The notes beneath the pieces are model-generated. The model saw only the letters and a list, made by a program, of their open reading frames with translations. It did not search any database and was not told where the DNA came from. Position numbers and translations under genes: made by a program. This document shows, piece after piece, positions 36,006-39,538 of a stretch of DNA of 39,538 bases. Each line of letters opens with the position of its first letter. Positions within the stretch are counted from its first letter, which is position 1. Source of the stretch: a virus (lineage: Duplodnaviria; Caudoviricetes); the IMG/VR virus record IMGVR_UViG_3300040985_000229, positions 1 to 39,538 of that record; one strand, 5' to 3'.

Positions 36006-36449
36006 TTAGATTTTGCCTTGTAACGACAATAAAACCACAATTGCAAAACCAAAAACCAATGTAAAAATAATACCCACACTGCCCCAAATAACAAATGTCT
36101 CGAATCGTCCCTCCTTAACCCGCGCCATCTCTTCTTCACGTTCTTTCTTTTCTCGTCTTACCCTTGCCCTAATAGCAATAAGTTCCTGCCAAGCAGAGTA
36201 TCCACGTAAAGAAATTATAAGCTGACGCAGTTCGTTCTCGGCGTCACGGGCGCGTTGCAATGCAACAAAAGTTTCCATTGCATTTTCATCTTCTGTATTA
36301 AAAACGCTGCTTTTTTTCTTATTATGTTTATTACGCAAATCATCAACGCCATCGAAAAATTCTCCGATTTGCTTAGTCACATCTATCAGTTCCTTTCCTG
36401 CGGAAACTGCCCCTTTTATGGCAGCAAACGCTAAAAAAGGGTCAATCAT
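36006..36449 (-). CDS. Coiled-coil protein with a C-terminal TM anchor
   Basis: MIDPFLAFAAIKGAV start, charged helix, then FVIWGSVGIIFTLVFGFAIVVLL. Confidence 0.72.
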   Translation of the reverse strand: MIDPFLAFAAIKGAVSAGKELIDVTKQIGEFFDGVDDLRNKHNKKKSSVFNTEDENAMETFVALQRARDAENELRQLIISLRGYSAWQELIAIRARVRREKKEREEEMARVKEGRFETFVIWGSVGIIFTLVFGFAIVVLLSLQGKI

Positions 36450-36609
36450 CAAAAATCATAAAGCTCAAGCATGGCTTCCCGTACTCCTGTATTATACTGT
36501 AAGGGTAATGAAAGAACTGGCTAGGCTCTGGGCAACGATAAACGCAGACCGTGTACATTGTAGCGAACACTTTTACGCCAACTAAAACGGATGTCAGGGG
36601 ACAAATCAT
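36442..36609 (-). CDS. 55-aa four-Cys small protein (not in ORF track)
   Basis: MICPLTSVLVGVKVFATMYTVCVYRCPEPSQFFHYPYSIIQEYGKPCLSFMIFDD*; SD GAGGA; stop overlaps the next start by 8 nt. Confidence 0.6.
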   Translation of the reverse strand: MICPLTSVLVGVKVFATMYTVCVYRCPEPSQFFHYPYSIIQEYGKPCLSFMIFDD

Positions 36610-36614
36610 TGTAG

Positions 36615-36658
36615 ATCCTCTATTGTGCTACCTAGACCATAGCACAATAGAAGAGGAT
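36615..36658 (-). promoter_or_regulatory. Inverted repeat after the portal gene, covering a candidate -10 and the next SD
   Basis: mRNA ATCCTC-TTC-TATTGTGCTA-(9 nt)-TAGCACAATA-GAGGAT; no U-tract. Confidence 0.55.
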
Positions 36659-36664
36659 ATTCGA

Positions 36665-39130
36665 CTACCTTGATTGACTAGCTTTTCGTTGCACATCAAT
36701 CCTTTCGCGGTTCACTTTGTTTCTCTTATCTGCAATTTCTTCTTGGCTCTCAATTCTAGCCGCATCCGTTGTTGCACGTTGTTGCATTTTCTGAAGCTCT
36801 AACAACATGTCACCCTGATCCTCTTCAGTTTTACGTTGCAGATCCTGTTCTTTCAGACCCAGTTCTTTCATGCGAATTTGAACTAGCGGATCATCCATTG
36901 GGTTGTCACCCGTAGGCATAAGTTCTGGCAGTACTTCCGCCATAACCTTCTCCATCTGTATAGAAACAAGTTTCTCCATCTGCGCAGGATCTTCCATGCT
37001 CTGCTGAACTTCCATGATCTGCTGTTGAGCCGCTTGAGGATCAATTGCTCCGCCTTGTGCCATCAGTTGCGCCTGATTGATAATACCGTCAATCTCCGCT
37101 GCAACCATCTGACGAGCCTTCTGTGAGACGTGCTCCATAACATGTGCGTAGAATGTACCCATAACTTGCGGGGAAGTCATGACCAACGGAGTCTTCATAA
37201 ACTCAGTGTGCAATCGAATATGAACATCGTGATCCTGATCAGGGAATGTATTCAATATCTCCCCCATTAATGCACGAGCATTTTCAATCGCAGGATCCAA
37301 CGGTTTGGGTTCTGGAGCAGGAGGCAATATCTCGTCAATGTTCTGCACTTCAAGCGCCTGATACATCCTACGATACGCCGCGTGTAAGTTATGCATCTGT
37401 GGGTTGGTCTGCGCCAGTTGCAACTGGGTCTGCGCTAAAGTTACCCGTTGCGCCATCGAGAAAATGTTAGGATCACTTACAGGAACAACATCGACTCTAC
37501 CATCGAAGTCCTGCGCCATAATGGTCTGATTGCCGCCCTCTACCTCATACGGGTATTCTTGAGGAAGGTTGTCTCTAAAGATTCTAGCTAGAATCCTAAA
37601 CTCCTGCTTCTGTGAGTAGTGCAGACGTTTATGGATAGCCGACATGACCTTCATACCACGCTCTAAAAGCGCCACAGTCGTACCTACAGGAGCCTGACCG
37701 TTCGCATCAGCAGTCTGCTGATCTGCAAGGGAAACAAAGCGTCTGCCACCCTCTACAAGGGCTGCAAGCAATTGTGCCAGTGTCGCAGAAGGTTCCTTAT
37801 ACGGCAGCGGTATAATCGCATCCCGTATGCTTCCCCCCGGTGCATCGATGTCCCGCCACTCACCCGGCTGTAATGGCTCGTCATCATTACGAACCCTTAC
37901 GCCTCTGGCCTTGAATCCTGCCGGGAGATTGGCAAGAGTTCCTGCATCGATCAATTGTCGGAGAATACTCGTTGCCGCACGACCAAGACCACCAATCATG
38001 TGAATTAGACCGAAACCGTAAAACCCTAGCCCTGGCATGAACTTATAGTGCACGAAATATTGCTGCTTTTTCGCAATTCCCGCGCCTTCTTCAAAGTTCC
38101 TGCGGATAGACAGTACGTGTCCAGACCCCTCATCTATCGATACGATGTATGGAAGAGCAATTCCTGTAGGCTCCCCTTCAGGGGTTATGTCTTCAAAACC
38201 TTCAAGGTCAATGTCTACATGCATTTCTAAAATAGTGAAGGTCTCGTCTGTATATGTTTTAGACGTACCCTGAATTTCATCAATCTTCTGACGAACCTCG
38301 TCATCTTCCGTTTCAAACTTGCTAAGTTCTACGTCCTTGTAAAACCCTGCGATCTGCATCTTACGGATTTGATTTGCATCCATCCTAAGTACATGCGTAA
38401 CCCGCGCAGCAGTTTGTAAATCAGACGAGGCGTATGAAACCACCAAATCCTGTGCAGGAACAAACTTGGAAACTGCACGCTGCCTAGACTCGTCAAAATA
38501 CACTTTCTTAAAGGTAGAACCAGACAACGGTAAATAAAACAGCAACTGATCCATGTCAGGATCAAACTCTTCCATGACCTCCATAATCTGGTAGTTCATG
38601 AAATCCTTTACTCTAGTAGCCTGATCCTCTCGCTGCTGATCTTGCACACCTAACACTTGAGTTTTTACTGGACCGCCTGACGGTAATAATTCTTTGTACG
38701 CCTGCGCCTGAAACTGTGTGACACTCTCCGCAATCAACGGGTGCGTAACCCCGCTAGCACCTTCAAACGGCTGAGTCCGCTCCCGATACTGCACACCAAG
38801 TTGATCTAACCCCGTAGTGTAGGTCTCCTCCCAATCAGATCGGGACGAAACATCTTCCTGATACGATCCAACAAGATCCGAAGAAAGTTCTCCAAGATAT
38901 GCCTCATCAAGGTGTTCCGCTAAATTTGCCGTGTGCTCGACGTTCTGTGCCTGATCTGTGCCTAAGATTTCTGTTAACGCTTGAATGATCGCGCCACCTT
39001 GCCCGTCAGGCAGAACTTCCGCGCCATCCTGAAACGTCTCTGGTTGTGGAACAGAAACATCTACAGAAGCTTCAGTTGGCACCATATCTTCTGAAGTGAT
39101 GCCTGTGTCTACAATCGGTGGCAACGCCAT
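36665..39130 (-). CDS. Portal protein with long helical C-terminal extension
   Basis: PFEGASGVTHPLIAESVTQFQAQAYKEL, YLPLSGSTFKKVY, GFYGFGLIHMIGG; directly after terL; ATG 39130 in TGATG overlap. Confidence 0.9.
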   Translation of the reverse strand: MALPPIVDTGITSEDMVPTEASVDVSVPQPETFQDGAEVLPDGQGGAIIQALTEILGTDQAQNVEHTANLAEHLDEAYLGELSSDLVGSYQEDVSSRSDWEETYTTGLDQLGVQYRERTQPFEGASGVTHPLIAESVTQFQAQAYKELLPSGGPVKTQVLGVQDQQREDQATRVKDFMNYQIMEVMEEFDPDMDQLLFYLPLSGSTFKKVYFDESRQRAVSKFVPAQDLVVSYASSDLQTAARVTHVLRMDANQIRKMQIAGFYKDVELSKFETEDDEVRQKIDEIQGTSKTYTDETFTILEMHVDIDLEGFEDITPEGEPTGIALPYIVSIDEGSGHVLSIRRNFEEGAGIAKKQQYFVHYKFMPGLGFYGFGLIHMIGGLGRAATSILRQLIDAGTLANLPAGFKARGVRVRNDDEPLQPGEWRDIDAPGGSIRDAIIPLPYKEPSATLAQLLAALVEGGRRFVSLADQQTADANGQAPVGTTVALLERGMKVMSAIHKRLHYSQKQEFRILARIFRDNLPQEYPYEVEGGNQTIMAQDFDGRVDVVPVSDPNIFSMAQRVTLAQTQLQLAQTNPQMHNLHAAYRRMYQALEVQNIDEILPPAPEPKPLDPAIENARALMGEILNTFPDQDHDVHIRLHTEFMKTPLVMTSPQVMGTFYAHVMEHVSQKARQMVAAEIDGIINQAQLMAQGGAIDPQAAQQQIMEVQQSMEDPAQMEKLVSIQMEKVMAEVLPELMPTGDNPMDDPLVQIRMKELGLKEQDLQRKTEEDQGDMLLELQKMQQRATTDAARIESQEEIADKRNKVNRERIDVQRKASQSR

Positions 39131-39538
39131 CAATAATACTCCCGTTTACGGCGATACTCGTCAAGCTCGTCTTCTTCTCCTAGTAAAGAAATAAAACCAC
39201 CTCTTCGAAATCGCATAAGTGCTAGCGTCATGCTATCACAAAAATCGTCATAGTCACCATTAGGAAAGGAAACTACTTCTTCTATTACCTCATCTGCAAA
39301 CTTCTTCTCCGTTGGTGCCCATACAACACCCGCTTCAAACAACGGAGCAACCATGTGCATTCTGGTTATCTTATCATTTCCCTTCCCTGGAGAAAAGCCC
39401 AAGGCAGGAATACCGCGAAGCCGCAATTCGTCAATAAGAGGCGTCCCTGTCGCTTTTGCCTCCACTAACACCATATCAGGCTCCCAATATTCGTGTTCTT
39501 CATAGGCTTTTTCCTTCAACTCAGGGAAATTCCACCTG
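39130..39538 (-). CDS. terL: Terminase large subunit, C-terminal nuclease domain (partial, runs off the window)
   Basis: VLVEAKATG.PLI.EL...DKITR...FPNGDYDDFCDSMTLAL. Confidence 0.92.
   Translation of the reverse strand, partial: RWNFPELKEKAYEEHEYWEPDMVLVEAKATGTPLIDELRLRGIPALGFSPGKGNDKITRMHMVAPLFEAGVVWAPTEKKFADEVIEEVVSFPNGDYDDFCDSMTLALMRFRRGGFISLLGEEDELDEYRRKREYY

Larger units (their letters stand above)
1..39538. mobile_element. Tailed dsDNA bacteriophage genome segment (podovirus-like), two convergent arms
   Basis: Continuous, tightly coupled run of terminase, portal, scaffold, capsid, neck, fibre, nozzle and internal-protein genes on minus; primase/helicase/PolA on plus; no tape measure, sheath or host genes recognised. 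Confidence 0.97.

Noticed and set aside
24-38565. Many 60-160 aa ORFs antisense or out of frame to the main genes
   Set aside because: Shadows of long, motif-bearing genes; no recognisable motifs and no place in the coupled operons
1-39538. Prophage boundaries, integrase, tRNA, CRISPR or anti-defence cassette
   Set aside because: None recognisable; the window is almost fully occupied by core phage genes

Overview
The whole window is one tailed dsDNA phage genome segment with a podovirus-like gene set. No host genes, tRNAs, CRISPR arrays or integrase were seen. A plus-strand replication arm (1-6415) holds the end of an SSB-like gene, an AEP primase, an AlpA/excisionase-like protein, an HTH + sigma70-region-4 protein, an SF1 helicase, a DUF6378-like protein and a family A DNA polymerase with Leu at the 762-equivalent position. 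It converges on a minus-strand morphogenesis arm (39538-6412): terminase large subunit (partial), portal, a lysis block (3-TM holin, GH19 endolysin, several micro-ORFs), GroES, scaffold, major capsid, head-completion proteins, two tail-fibre/adhesin modules, nozzle and four probable internal virion proteins. Gene order resembles, from memory, marine alphaproteobacterial podophages (HTVC023P-like/roseophage-like); this is inference. Best leads: (1) the same ~100-aa dockerin-like Ca-binding domain apparently inserted into two adjacent, unrelated neck proteins; (2) a 160-nt RNA-rich gap after the capsid gene with a candidate anti-SD (CUCCUCCC) sRNA and an SD-sequestering leader; (3) an 8-bp x3 repeat whose contraction would fuse AlpA in frame to the sigma-4 protein; (4) an SSB-type DDIPF tail and a PriL-like four-Cys domain on the primase; (5) a shared hydrophobic-x-x-GG-x-hydrophobic motif in probable capsid-internal proteins. 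All family assignments come from motif recognition by eye, not database searches.
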